Assembly: GCF_036365525.1 (NCBI RefSeq)
Contig: NC_090393.1
Coordinates: 55,814,335-55,878,334, forward strand
DNA length: 64,000 nucleotides
Source of the DNA: Heterodontus francisci
Taxonomy: Eukaryota
Reading direction: 5' to 3'
Below the pieces are notes generated by a model that was not told the DNA's origin, did no database searches, and saw only the letters and a list, made by a program, of their open reading frames with translations. Positions 1 through 11,870 of this stretch are shown here, one piece after another (position 1 is the stretch's first letter; each line of letters starts with the position of its first letter). Position numbers and translations under genes: made by a program.

Positions 1-660
1 ATGTGATGCTGGAACTGTATAAAATGCTGGTTAGGCCACAGCTGGAGTATTATCTACAGTTCTGGTCACCTCATTACAGAAAAGACATAATTGCTCTGGA
101 GAGAGTACAGAGGAGATTTACAAGAATGTTACAGGTGAAGCCTGGCTTGGGCATAAAATTAAAACCCAACCCGGGCCCGAGTCCTTTAATTTTTTTAAAT
201 GCCCGACCCGAGAATAACAAACATATTAGATTAAATGTAGATTAAAATGAAAACAATACAACAAACAATACAGTCCAGCCCGACCCGACCCGAGCCCAAA
301 TACTGGCCGCAGAATACAGACTCGACCCTACCGGAACCCGACACATGTTCGGGTCGGGTAGCCAGACTTTAGTTGCCAGGGCTTGAAAGTTGCAGCTATG
401 AGGAGGGTTGTTTTCCCTGGAAGTGAGGAGGCTGAGGGGAGACTTAATTGAGATGTACAAAATTATGAGGGGCCTAGATAGAGTGGACAGGAGGACCTGT
501 TTCCCTTGGCAGTGAGGTCAGTTATCAGGGGACACAGATTTAAGGTGGTTGGTAGATGAATTAGAGGGGATATGAGGAAAATCTTTTTCACCCAGAGGGT
601 GGTGGGTGTCTGGAATTTGCTGCCAGGAACGGTGGTTCTATGGTGCTGTGCTCTTATGTT
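1..660 (+). mobile_element. CR1 LINE 3' fragment, interrupted by a hAT-like MITE
   Basis: MLELYKMLVRPQLEY..QFWSPHYRKD..LERVQRRFTRM motif; CR1 sequence resumes at 372. Confidence 0.85.
136..371. mobile_element. hAT-like MITE (TAAAGGCCTGCT TIR family)
   Basis: Imperfect TIRs tgaagcctggct/agccagacttta, CCCGA subterminal repeats, degenerate ~8-bp TSD. Confidence 0.65.
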
Positions 661-1175
661 CTTTCACTTTAAGTCAAAATAATACATAGAGTGTCTTTGG
701 TCACTTCATGCTGATTATGGTTGCAGTGCCTGGTGGGTGTTCTGCCCTGAACAGAACAGTCCCCTGCCCCCACTCATTCCCCCTGTGTTTTGCCACTGAG
801 AGTTATGGTTTTATGCTCCCCAGGTCCAGCATCCTGTGTATGTTCAATAATGCTGATATTTAAGGCATTTATCCCCATTCTGAGGGAGTGTGAGGTCTGT
901 AGTAGTCAGCTACCACTTGAAGCAAGTAGCATATATGCATTTAAGTGGAAGCTAGAAGGAGAAAGGAATTATAAGGCTGTGCTTGATGGTGTTGGGTGAA
1001 ATAGGGTGGAAGGAAGCATAAAGATTGACAGACACCAGTTGGACCACATGACCTGTTTCTGTGCTGTAAAGTCTACTTAATTTTATGTAAAGGACGTCTC
1101 TACTATGCCGGCAGCTGTGTCCAGGCTGTCCTTTCACTGCTGATGTGCTGTAAAATTAATCTTTGCGTTTTCTAG

Positions 1176-1339
1176 TGCTGGACGCCAGGCTGCCAGACTC
1201 TCCTCGATGCCTCATTTCTTACAGCGAGGGACAACACTGGCTTATCTGGAGAACCAGGTTGCAGCAGCAATGACGCTAAAATCTAGCCAGGAATACCGTC
1301 ACTGGCTTCTCATATATACCCGCTATTTAGTAAATGAAG
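1176..1339 (+). CDS. HIRA: HIRA (histone H3.3 chaperone) third-from-last coding exon
   Basis: tctag| acceptor, |gtagga donor; translates AGRQAARLSSMPHFLQRGTTLAYLENQVAAAMTLKSSQEYRHWLLIYTRYLVNE(G), recognisable as the vertebrate HIRA C-terminal domain. Confidence 0.96.
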
Positions 1340-1425
1340 GTAGGAGAATTCCATGCGAACCTTGCCTTGATTCAATGATTTGATGCATGCTCAGATGTTC
1401 CACTGACTGTTGCTTTCGATTGCAG

Positions 1426-1514
1426 GATTTGAGCCTCGCTTAAGGGAGCTGTGCAAAGATCTACTGGGCCCTGTGCACAACTCTTCCAGTAGCCAATGGG
1501 AATCAACTGTCTTG
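1426..1514 (+). CDS. HIRA: HIRA penultimate coding exon
   Basis: 86-bp GT-AG intron upstream, phase-compatible; (G)FEPRLRELCKDLLGPVHNSSSSQWESTVL followed by |gtaagc. Confidence 0.96.
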
Positions 1515-1651
1515 GTAAGCACTATATTTATTTTTTTTAAAAAAAGGAAACTCTGGATAAAAATAAACTTCTATAAATGTCGTGCAGTAAGCAACTTAGA
1601 GAAAGAAAATTTAACACTTCAGGCAGAAACATTCACTGTGAATGAACAGAA

Positions 1652-4620
1652 TTAAAACATTCGAATCTGGCTGCATTTCTTGCCCGAAATCTTAAATCTG
1701 TATCCCATAGTTCTTGTACCATCAGCTAAAGGGAATAGCTCTCCTTTGTCTACCCTATCCAAGCCTGTCATAATCTTGTACACCTCTAACAAATCTCCCC
1801 TCAATTTCCTTTGCTCCACGGAGAGCAACCCCAGCTTCTCCAACCTAACCTTGTAGGTAAAATCCCTCATCCCTGGAACCATTCTGGTAAATCTCCTCTG
1901 TACACTCTCAAGTTCACTCACAAGCTTCCTAAAGTGTGGTGACCAGAACTGGACGCAGTACTCTAGTTGTGGCCTATCCCAGAGCTTTATAAAGGTTCAG
2001 TATAACATCCCTGCTTTTGTACTTAATACATCTATCAATGAAGCCCAAGATCCTATATGCTTTCTTAATATATCCTGCCACCTTCAAAGATCTATGCACA
2101 TGAAGCCCCAGTTCCCTCTGTCCCTGTACACTCTTTGGAACAATGCTATTTAGTCTATATTGTCTCACCCTATCCCTTCTGCCAAAATGCATCATCTCGC
2201 ACTTGTCAGTATGAAATTCCATCTGCCACTCGTCTGCCCATTCTGCTAGCCTATCTATGTCCTTTTGCTGTGGATTGGTAACATCCTTACTGTTTCCCTC
2301 ACCTCCAAATTTTGAAATTTTATTCAGTATTCCAATATCCAAGTCATTTATATATATCAGAAAAAACAGTGGTCCTAGCGCTGTCCCATGGAGAACACCA
2401 CTGCCTACCATCCTACTGCCTGAAAAACAGCCATTTACCTTGACTCAGTTTTCTGTCCTTAAGTCAACTTTTCATCCAAGCTGGCACTGACCTTCCTATT
2501 CCATGAGCCTCAGTTTTGTTAAGCAGCCTTTTATGTGGTACTTTGCGAAACACTTTCTTAAAACAAAGTGATTCTTGACAACACAGCCGGCAGTGATGTC
2601 ATCCGACTGCGCCAACCTGTGCACATGCGCAAACGGGCTCCTGCTGTCTGCGCGTGTGCTGCGTTCCGCATTGTCAGGACCGGTTGGCGCATGCACGGAT
2701 GACGTCATCACGTAAATTGCCAGGACTGGTACACACATGCCCAGATGACATCATCGCATAACGCGGGAGAGAGACCAAGCGGAGAAGCGGGGAGAGAGCG
2801 GGGTGTGGGGGGAGAACGGGGGAGGGAGCGGCCGAAGACCTTGGTGGCGGTGGGTGCGCTCTCCTTCTGCCCCCCTCCCACTCTCTCCGGCAATTCCCCC
2901 CCCCCCCCCCCCCACCCCCCGTCTGCTGTCGCTGCCCATTCCCCCCCCCCCCCCACCATCCCCGCCTGCTCTCTCCAGCCATACCCCCCCCACCCACCCC
3001 TGTGCGCGCTCTCCGGCCATTCCCCACCACCCCCTCCCCCCGCCCGCTCTCTCCGGCCATTCCCCAACCAGCCAATCTCTCCGGCCATGTGTTTACATTG
3101 CCTTTGTGTGATTATTTGAGCAGCGCCATCTTTAGTCCTGGCAGCCGCTTGAACGTCGCTGACTGTGACGTTTTAGTTAAACAGGCTGCATTTGTGTGTG
3201 TGCCAGTGCAGTGCCACCTAGTGGTTGTGATGTCAGCAAACGCAGCCTTCTTAAAATCCATACAGGCAACACTCATTGCTTTCCCTTCATCAACCATCTC
3301 TGTTACTTCATCAAAAAATTCAATTAGTCAAGCACAATCGGCCTTTTACAAGTTTGTGCTGGCTATCCTTAATTAGCTCAAACCTCTCCAAGTGCCTATT
3401 GATCTTTTCCCAATTATTGTTTCTAAAACCTTACCCACTGCTGATGTTAAACTGACTGGCCTGTAGTTACTAGGAATTACCTTATACCCTTTCTTGTATA
3501 AGGGTGTTACATTTGCCACTCTCCAATCATCTGGCACCTCCCCCAAATCTAGCGAAGATTGGAAGATCATGGCAAGCCCTTCCGCTATCTCCACTCCCAC
3601 TTCCTTTCGCAACCTGGGAGGCAAGCTATCCAGACTAGGCATCTTATCCAGTCAAAGCAAGGCCATCCTTTCCAGTACATCCTTCCTATCAATTTTCAAC
3701 CCACCCATTACTTCTACCATCTCCACTTCTACTGATATTTTGTCAGCATCATCTTCCTTACTAAACACCAGTACAACATACTTATTAAGTATTCTAGCCT
3801 TGCCTTGCATCTCTAAGCATATATCATCCTTTTTGTCCCTAATAGGCCTCACCCCACTTGTTTACATGCCAGTAGATGATTTTTGGGTTCCTTTTTATGT
3901 TAAATGTTCTATTTGCAAATTCACTCTTTACCAGTCTTATTTTCTTCTTGACTTCCCTTCTCAACTTACTGTATTTGGCCTGGTTCTCGCTTGAAGAATT
4001 CACCTGACAAGGATCATACGCTTTTTTTTTGTTTCATCATATGCTATAGCTCCCATGTCATCCAAGGAGTCCTGGCTTTGGCTCTTTTTTGTCCTCATTG
4101 GAATTTACCTAGCCTGTACCTGAAACATTACCTCCTTTAAAGATCACCCATTGTTCCTTTACAGTTCTTCCTGTCAATCTTTGGTTCCATTTGTCCTGGC
4201 TAGATCCCCTCTCATCCCATAGAAGTTCTGCTTTAGATTGTTCCTTGCTCTTCTCCATTATGATACAATGATCACTCTTAGTGAAGTGTTCCCCCAACAG
4301 ACATTTGACCCACCTCATTCCCTAGCACCACATCCAGTAATGCATCCTTCCTAGTTGGACCAAGGACACACTGGTCAAGGAGGTTCTCCTGAACACATTT
4401 CAGAAATTCCTCCCTTATCCCAATCGATATTTGGGTAATTAAAGCCCCCCAATATCACCACTCTATAGTTCCTGCACATTTCTCTACCCCTCTCTCTCAC
4501 TATTTGAAGGCCTTTATTGCCACTACATCATATTCCCAAACAGCTGTTTGTGCTTGTAACTCACCAACCTTATTTGTCACATTTTGTGCATTTACATATG
4601 TGCATTGTAAACCTGTCTTT
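1652..4620 (-). mobile_element. Degenerate CR1 LINE ORF2 (EN-RT) in the last HIRA intron, split by an insertion at ~2560-3250
   Basis: ORF fragments LGPLFFLIYINDL, WADEWQMEF, DWRVANVTPLYKKG...NYRPVSLTS. Confidence 0.9.
2560..3250 (+). mobile_element. Unclassified non-autonomous element with internal C-rich tandem units
   Basis: Interrupts CR1 at ttctt|aaaa; ~5 copies of ctctccggccattccc + poly-C; its 5' ~200 bp is homologous to 43990-44168 (reverse strand). Confidence 0.6.
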
Positions 4621-5030
4621 GTCTTTAGTTGAGGAGGAAGTTTTGAGCGGGGGTGGTGGGGGGGGTGCGGATGGAAGATGAAAAAGAAAGATTCCCGTTT
4701 TAGCCTTTTCACCTGAAAGATTGGTTTATTAACATGGGCCTTTTCTGGACAAGGTGCTGCTGTGCACTGGCCCAGACGCCATCCACTGGCACCTTTGTTA
4801 CTGACCAAATCAAAATCACAGTTCATCCTCTTTCAAGGAAATATGGGGATCATTTATTCATAAAAACGGACCATTAATTAATTTGTTCTATTTATCCACA
4901 TTCGACTCAGCGATATTTGCTGCATGCAAGTTGCCTTGTCATTTATACAGCAGAGAGGAGGAGCAGATGAAGGATTGGCTCTGCTGCATCATTAGAAGTG
5001 AGGGATTGGGTGCTGCAGCCTGCACACTTA

Positions 5031-5755
5031 GGGCTGTATTTTGTTCTCCCCCAGGTGTTGGGTTCTGTTGGGGGTGGGGTGGGGAGGGTGCGGGTCTGAA
5101 GATGCCTCTGGGAGAGTGCTGCCACACACTCCGAAGCCGGGAGAGCCTGGCCTGATATTACCGACGGTAGCGAGGCCTCATGGCGGCCTCCCTGCCGCTC
5201 AGTGATGGAATCCCAATTTGAATATTTAAATAAATTAAAATGAATGAATAAATGATACTTATGCCACCACCTGATGTCCTGCTGCGATCTTCGGGTTGAT
5301 GCCTGGCACTTGCGTGCCTTCGGATCCCCGTCCTGGGAAACAAGGTGCCACGCTGGTGGGGAGGAGGTAAGTTGATCAGTACTGGGGAGGGGGCCGGGGG
5401 GTGGTGGGGTAAAAGTAACATCATGGGTGTGGAGAAGGTGGGGTGGGTTGGAGTTTGAAGTTTATGCAGTTTGTGGGGAGAGGAAGGTCATATGGATAAG
5501 GTAAGTGTTTTGGGGGCAGTGGGCAAATAATTAATTTACTTGCTATTGGGGAGGTGAGAGAGGGGCAGAAGAAATTTTTTATTTATTTTTATTAACTTTA
5601 TCTTTAAATATTTAAAATTTCCCAGTAGGGCTGAAAGCCCTTTAAAAAAAGCGTCAGCGTCTGCACACAGGCAGCCCTGGCTAATTAAATGAGCCGCTGC
5701 ATGGAAGATTGCGGCAGCTCTGCGACATTGGCAACAAGCACAGGAGATTCAGCCC
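5031..5755. mobile_element. PIF/Harbinger (Tourist)-like MITE
   Basis: TIR-like ends gggctgtatttt / gattcagccc with a TTA target duplication. Confidence 0.7.
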
Positions 5756-5819
5756 TTACTGTGAGTGAGGGAATGTATGCTGTAATTTGCACTGTTACTT
5801 TGAGGGATTGGGTGCTCCA

Positions 5820-5990
5820 GTCTGCAAACTTAATTTTTAGGCTATATCCTCTCGTCCTAGACTCCCCAATCAGTGGAAATAATTTCTCTCTCTCTACTCT
5901 GTCAGTTGAAAACTTCGATTAAATCATCTCTTCATTTTCTAAATTCTAGGGAATACAATCCTTGCTTGTGTAATCTCTCCTAGTAATTGC
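5820..5990 (-). mobile_element. CR1 fragment
   Basis: Similar to the 3' ORF2 region of other CR1 copies in the window. Confidence 0.6.
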
Positions 5991-6021
5991 TTTGTAATTT
6001 TTCTTCCCTTCACTCTTGCAG

Positions 6022-6114
6022 TAAAGGCCTGCTACCCGACCCGAACCCAAGGGACCCATCGACATGTGTCAGGTTCCGGTCAGGTTTTTTTTTCCTGACC
6101 TGAGCAGGCCTTTA
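6022..6114. mobile_element. 93-bp hAT-like MITE
   Basis: Perfect 12-bp TIR taaaggcctgct/agcaggccttta; 8-bp TSD tcttgcag/tcctgcag. Confidence 0.8.
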
Positions 6115-6188
6115 TCCTGCAGTGCAAAACTCAATGCTGCTGTAGTTACTAAGCCTTTGTCTGAAGGATCTCTCCATTTCATATGCAG

Positions 6189-6305
6189 GGGCTGCGGAAA
6201 AGAGAGCTGCTAAAAGAGATGCTCCCTGTGATTGGACAGAACCTCCGATTCCAGAGACTCTTCACGGAATATCAGGACCAGCTAGATCTCCTGCGAGACA
6301 AGTAG
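6189..6305 (+). CDS. HIRA: HIRA last coding exon (stop TAG 6303-6305)
   Basis: atatgcag| acceptor, phase 0; GLRKRELLKEMLPVIGQNLRFQRLFTEYQDQLDLLRDK* matches the HIRA C-terminus. Confidence 0.96.
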   Translation, partial: GLRKRELLKEMLPVIGQNLRFQRLFTEYQDQLDLLRDK

Positions 6306-7046
6306 CACTACCCTAGTAGTTTTTTGATGAGGATCTGACCGTGATTGTTCTCTGGGAGATTTGCTGAGGCCAGCCGGTGACCCCACTTGGGAGAGATGGA
6401 CTTTTGAGGATTTGGGGTTCAACCTGGGAGAGGAGTCCACATTTTGTTGCATCAAGTTGGTCCACTCCAGGTGATGACTTCTCACGGAAATGGCACTGCT
6501 GGTCTGAATGCATTACTTCACAACCAGTGGCTGTGCAGTGTATGCGAGAGAAGATTTGTGGCTGTACTACAGGACATTGGTGACCAGGGGGCCAATGCTG
6601 CACCCAGAGGTGTGCTGGAAGTGACCAAGATTAATAACTCTATCCAACTTGTATTGGACAACGGCCCCCTTACTTGCCAGATAGTGACTTCACAGCCCTT
6701 GCCCACTATAAGCTACCAAGTCCAATGCTGTATGACACTCAGCAGTTTACTGACTGTTCCTTTCCACAGAAAGAGAAGGGCAACACAGATGTGAAAGCTG
6801 TCAGGCTGCAAGTCTTCTTGGTTAGAGGATGAACTACTGAGTTCAGACTTTTCATGGTGTAGTTTTCTGTTTGCCTGATGTACTAAGTTACCCATTTGTT
6901 TACTGTCTGTCATTGTTAAAAGTGTGAATGGGGAAAAAAGAAATTCTAATGAGCGACCATGGACATGCGGAGATGTACAGAAACCTAGTCCGCCCTTTGG
7001 TACCTTTTAACTTTATACAGGCAAATTTTTTTGTTCTTTTTTATAA

Positions 7047-7052
7047 AATAAA
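7047..7052 (+). terminator. Candidate HIRA poly(A) signal AATAAA
   Basis: AATAAA ~740 nt after the stop, preceded by a U-rich tract; no transcript support. Confidence 0.4.
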
Positions 7053-7544
7053 GATAGAATATTGCATCTCTATGTTTCCTGGTTGGGAGTAAAGCCTCTG
7101 ATTTGCTGGTAAAATGTGCCCTTACTAGCAGGAATACAGCATTCCGTGAAAGGCACTAAGAAAGCACCTCCCACATAGAAACGAACACAGTTGTGTGTTA
7201 CTGAGTCCTGGGTTAGGCAAACAGTGCAGATTGTACTTGTTGACTTGCACAGTGATTAAGAATATGTATACATACTAATGTTTAAATCAGTGAAGTTATT
7301 TGCACTTTGCATGGAGCCCAAGTTGCTCAAGACTGCCTTTACATTGCAGTAAGTGGTCTGCAGTCTAAGTTTGAAACCACTGGTGTCTCAAGGTTTCACC
7401 TTTGACTTCCTAATATCCTGAACATAGAATCAAATTAGGAACTGTGATCTTGGTAATGCAGTGTAGCAATCTGACCTCCTTCCCGAACACTAGGAAGTCC
7501 GCGGAACCCTTGAGCTAGTGATTTCAAACCTGAACTGCAGACCA

Positions 7545-7927
7545 CTCATAGAAATCTATAAAATTCTAATAGGACTTGACAGGATAGATGCAGGAAGGAT
7601 ATTCCTGATGGTGGGGGAGTCCAGAACCGGGGGTCATAGTCTAAGGATACAGGGTAAACCTTTCAGGACTGAGATGAGGAGAAATTTCTTCACCAAGAGT
7701 GTGGTGAGCCTGTGGAATTTGCTACCACAGAAAGCTGTTGAGGCCAAAACATTGTATGTTTTCAAGAAGGAGTTAGATATAGCTCTTGGGGCGAAAGGGA
7801 TCAAAGGATATGGGGCGAAAGTGGGAACAGGTTACTGAGTTTGATGATCAGCCATGATCATAATGAATGGCGTAGCAGGCTTCAAGGGCCGAATGGCCTA
7901 CTCCTGCTCCTATTTTCTATGTTTCTA
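7545..7927 (+). mobile_element. CR1 3' end with (ttctatgt) tail
   Basis: IEIYKIL..LDRIDA..RTGGHSLRI..RNFFT..WN; same subfamily as 31158-31520. Confidence 0.9.
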
Positions 7928-8720
7928 AATGCAGTCTTAAGCTGCTTGGCCTCCACACTCATACTTTCCAAACTTCTAGTTGGAATCTGCTGATTATGCT
8001 TCACGTTGAGGAATTGAAACAGGCTTGGAAGGGCTGGTGTAAATTGGGCCAGCATACCCAGAATGAACTTGTGCCTTAGGATGCATTGTGTTTACAGTGT
8101 TAGAAACGCTCCAGGGGTTACTTTGCAGCCTTGTGTGGGCGGGGTTCAGAGCTGTGCTGAATTACTGTTCAGAGTCCTCTCTGTAGGGCTGAAATGTCTG
8201 AATAAGATATGTTCCCTGATATCTTGGTGCTGCTGGGGACTAATCCTCCTGAGATCGTGAGGATTAAATTCAGGAGAGACACACACAAATATCTTAAATT
8301 GTTCTGATAGAAAGTAATGTGATTTGGACTTCCTTGGTGACTCTGGATAAATACATCATGTGGTATGACAAATACAGGTCCACGCAGAGCAAGCAGGTCC
8401 CAAATCTGGTACTTGGATGCTGGTCTGAACCAGCACAGCAGTGTAGTGTGTTCCAGCTGGCCTCAGAATCTCTAGACTGGGGAGGGAAGATATATGGGTT
8501 CTTGCTTCTGATTGTTCTTCAGTGACCACTTCAATGTTCCAGTATGTGACTGATGTTTCAAGACAGAAGGGGGTGTAGCTGTGATGGTATACATGGTGAA
8601 ATGGCTCATTGATGCGAGGAATAAGCACCTGAGCTAAAGTCCTGGCAAGTTGTTGGAACCTGGGTTGCCATACTCCAGCATGAAACAATACATGCATGAG
8701 CATAGTTTGCGGAGGAAAAT

Positions 8721-9075
8721 AAAGACTTGCATTTATATAGTGTCTTTCACAACCGCAGGACGTCTAGAAGTGTTTTACAGCCAATGAAGTACTTTTGAAG
8801 TGCAGGCACTGTTGTAATGCAGGAAATGCAGTACAAATTTGCACACAGGAACCTACCACACACAGCAATGAGATAATGACCAGGTAACCTATTTTAGTGA
8901 CATAGTTCAGGATACTGGGGGAGAACTCCTGTGCTCTTCTCCGAATGGTCCCAAAGAATATTTTATGGTCACCTGAGAGGGCAAATGGGGCTCGGTTTAA
9001 AGCCGCATCCAAAAGACGTCATCTCCAACAGTGCAGCACTCCCTCAGCACTGCACAGGAGTGCCAGCCTAGATTC
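8721..9075 (-). mobile_element. DeuSINE (SacSINE1/AmnSINE-like)
   Basis: Reverse strand gctggcactcctgtgcagtgctgagggagtgctgcactgttggagatg...ttaaaccgag (Deu-domain-like) and tail ataaatgcaagtc. Confidence 0.75.
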
Positions 9076-9804
9076 TGTGCTGGCATCCAAAACTGATGAT
9101 GTGGCAATTTGACACCTGCATGTGACTTCAAATAGCCATCATCCATTTTGAATTTCTTTCATAACAGTCAGTTGTTTTGTTTGGGATGATCTCAGATCAT
9201 ACACAGGTGAATTATCCGTGAAATCCATTGCCTTCTGCTTCCTTTGGACAGCATAGTCTGTCAGCTTACAATATTTACACCAGATATTCCAGTCCCCACA
9301 CCTTCGTATGCCATGTGTGGGCAGATTGAGGTAAGTAGATCACTGTAATGTGCTGCATTCTGGAGTGAAATTGGCTGAGTAAAATTTATATTGAAAAAGC
9401 TATAAGATCCTGACAAACACTAGGGAATTATTAAAGGGTTTTCCTTTACAACATGGAATGAAATATTACCAGCCAGTCTGAAACTGTGATTATAGAAAGG
9501 TTTGGTGGAACAGGCTCGAAGGGCTGAATGGCCAACTCCTATTTCTACCTGCCTAGGTCCCTTGAATTCTCTGCGGATTGGCCAATTTTTAAACTCAGCT
9601 TCACATTTCCAACATTGCAGTGCCGTCCCACAGCTGATTCACAGAACTGAGCATACGTACGACCTAAATAATAATAAAAAAATCAATACTTCTCATTTAG
9701 GAAGTGCTTATTTTTAAGTTTTATGCCAGCTGTTATTTCGACCTCCCTTGCATAAGACCGAAAGCGGAACTGAATGATGGCAGTGAAAGATCTTGGCACT
9801 CCGT

Positions 9805-9820
9805 CCACCAGAGGGCAGCA
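9805..9820 (+). promoter_or_regulatory. CTCF consensus motif
   Basis: CCACCAGAGGGCAGCA matches the CTCF core CCASYAGRKGGCRS, in apparently non-repetitive DNA 3' of HIRA; motif match only. Confidence 0.5.
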
Positions 9821-11448
9821 GTAGCCAAGCTATCACTGTGAAACTTTTTGGTTGACTACCTGATGTGGCAGAGGATGTGACTTTCAGTTCCTCATCTGGT
9901 CCAACCAAAAGCAAAAGTAATTTTTAAAGTACTATAAGATACAAGCTGCTGACTAGTTGGATGCACAGCATCACCAAATTTGCTACCCCAATACATGGTG
10001 CTAATTTTTCATCATGAGACTGTGTGTGTATTCGAATCAGCTGTGGGAAAGGGAAGGGATTCCGTTTTTCTGTGTATAAAGAGGAAGGGATTCCTCTTCA
10101 GAGTCTCATCAAATACCGCCAGTCAGATATAGTACAGGTTAGATGCAGAAGAAAGCTGCCTTTCAATTATCTCAACCGTCCAACATCCCTATTCTTTCAC
10201 CCTACCCTCTAGCTAACCAAGCTCCCAAACTTCAAGGTTTCCAAAAACATTTCCCCTCACCCCATGCAGCTTCCATTCATCTTGTCCATGAATCTCTCTA
10301 CCTCCTGCCTTGACCCCATGAAGATCACACCTCCAACCTCAACTTCATTGCAATGGAAGCAATCTTTTTTTAAAAATGCCTTTACAATACCTGGCATAGG
10401 AATGGAGATGGTCAAGATGGAAGCTAATGATAAGTTGATAGGAAAGACGCAGGTACCTTGTTGAAAGATCTATTAAGATAGTTTCATTGATAGTGGGAAT
10501 GCTCATTTAAATTTTTTTAAAACCTACGTATTTGACCAAACCTCTGGTCATCCGTCCCAATATCTTATATTTCTCAGTGTCAATTTTTGTCTGATAATAC
10601 TCCTATGAAACACCTTGGCGCGTTTTTCTACATTATATAGGTGATTTTATAAACGCACGTTTTTGAAATGTTAGTGTTTCGACAGTTGGAATTGTGCTTT
10701 TTAGTCATTGTCAGGGGTCAAAAATACTATTGCATCACCCATAGGGTGCAGCTTTCACCATTTCTCCAGCAGTTTTAAATATTGAGAGGACAAAACAATT
10801 TTCAAAGAACGGACTTCTTACAACTCGCAGACTTTCACAGGGTCTTTAGTTCTCTCAACTCACTGCTAGTACATACCAGTAGGAACTCCGCACGGATTAA
10901 TTTCTATCTGTTTTACCAGCAGAGCTTGTGTTTTCAAGAACTTGTTGAGAAAAATTTCGAGTTTTGACTTTCTTTAAACTGATTATTATATTTTGCTGCA
11001 TTACTATCTCACTGTCTTTTTAATTCTGTACGTTATTTCTAAAAATCACTTTAAAGATTTTTTAGGCTGTTTTCAGGTTCTATTCGTCAAAACTCAGAAA
11101 ATTAGGGCAAGATAATCGTATCCCTCAAAAAGGCCCCTGTAAATTTGAAAGAAATCCGTTTAAAACAAGAGGTTCATCTGCAACATCGATAAAATTAAAA
11201 CACACTAGCTCTTTATGGAGCAGCACTATTCTTGTTATTTTAATTCAGTGCTCAGTTTCCACTTTGCTCTACCTTTAAACCTTCGCACAGCTGGGTGCAG
11301 GCAGGAAGAGAATCAAGTAAGTATGGGGTTGATTTTTTAATTTAAAAATTTAAGGATGGTTTTGCAGAATCAAAGGGACAGACAAATTTCTGAACAGCAA
11401 TGTTAGGAACATACTTTTGCAACATTGGATAGGCTCTGTTATTGCCTC

Positions 11449-11870
11449 TTTTTTTAGTTCTTTCAAGGGATGTGGGTGTCACTGACAAGGCCAGCATTTG
11501 TTGCCCATCCCCAATTTCCCTTGAACTGAGTGGCTTGCTAGGCCATTTCAGAGGGCAGTTAAGAGTAACCACATTGCTGTGGATCTGTAGTAACACGTAG
11601 GCCAGACCAAGTAAGGATGGCAGATTTCCTTCCCTGCAGAACATTAGTGAACCTGGTGGGTTTTTATGACAATCAACGATAGTTTCATGGCGCCATTACT
11701 GAGACTAGCTTTCAATTCCAGATTTTTATTAATTCATTGAATTTATTAATTAATTGAATTTAAGTTCTACCAGCTGCCATGGTGGGGTTTGAATCCATGC
11801 CCCCAGGGCATTAACCTGGGCCTCTGGATTACTCATCCAGTAAAAATACCTCTACGCCACCATCTCCCCC
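11449..11870 (-). mobile_element. tRNA-headed SINE sharing head and tail with the LINE at 21465-25950
   Basis: Reverse strand: A-box-like tggcgtagagg, B-box-like gattcaaacc, tail gatgggcaacaaatgctggcc; homologous to 27370-27875. Confidence 0.8.

Noticed and set aside
1410-1655. 81-aa ORF as a stand-alone gene
   Set aside because: Only 1426-1514 is HIRA exon; the rest is intron read-through
2674-3376. Cluster of overlapping Gly/Pro-rich ORFs
   Set aside because: Produced by C/G-rich low-complexity repeat sequence lacking stops; no protein motifs
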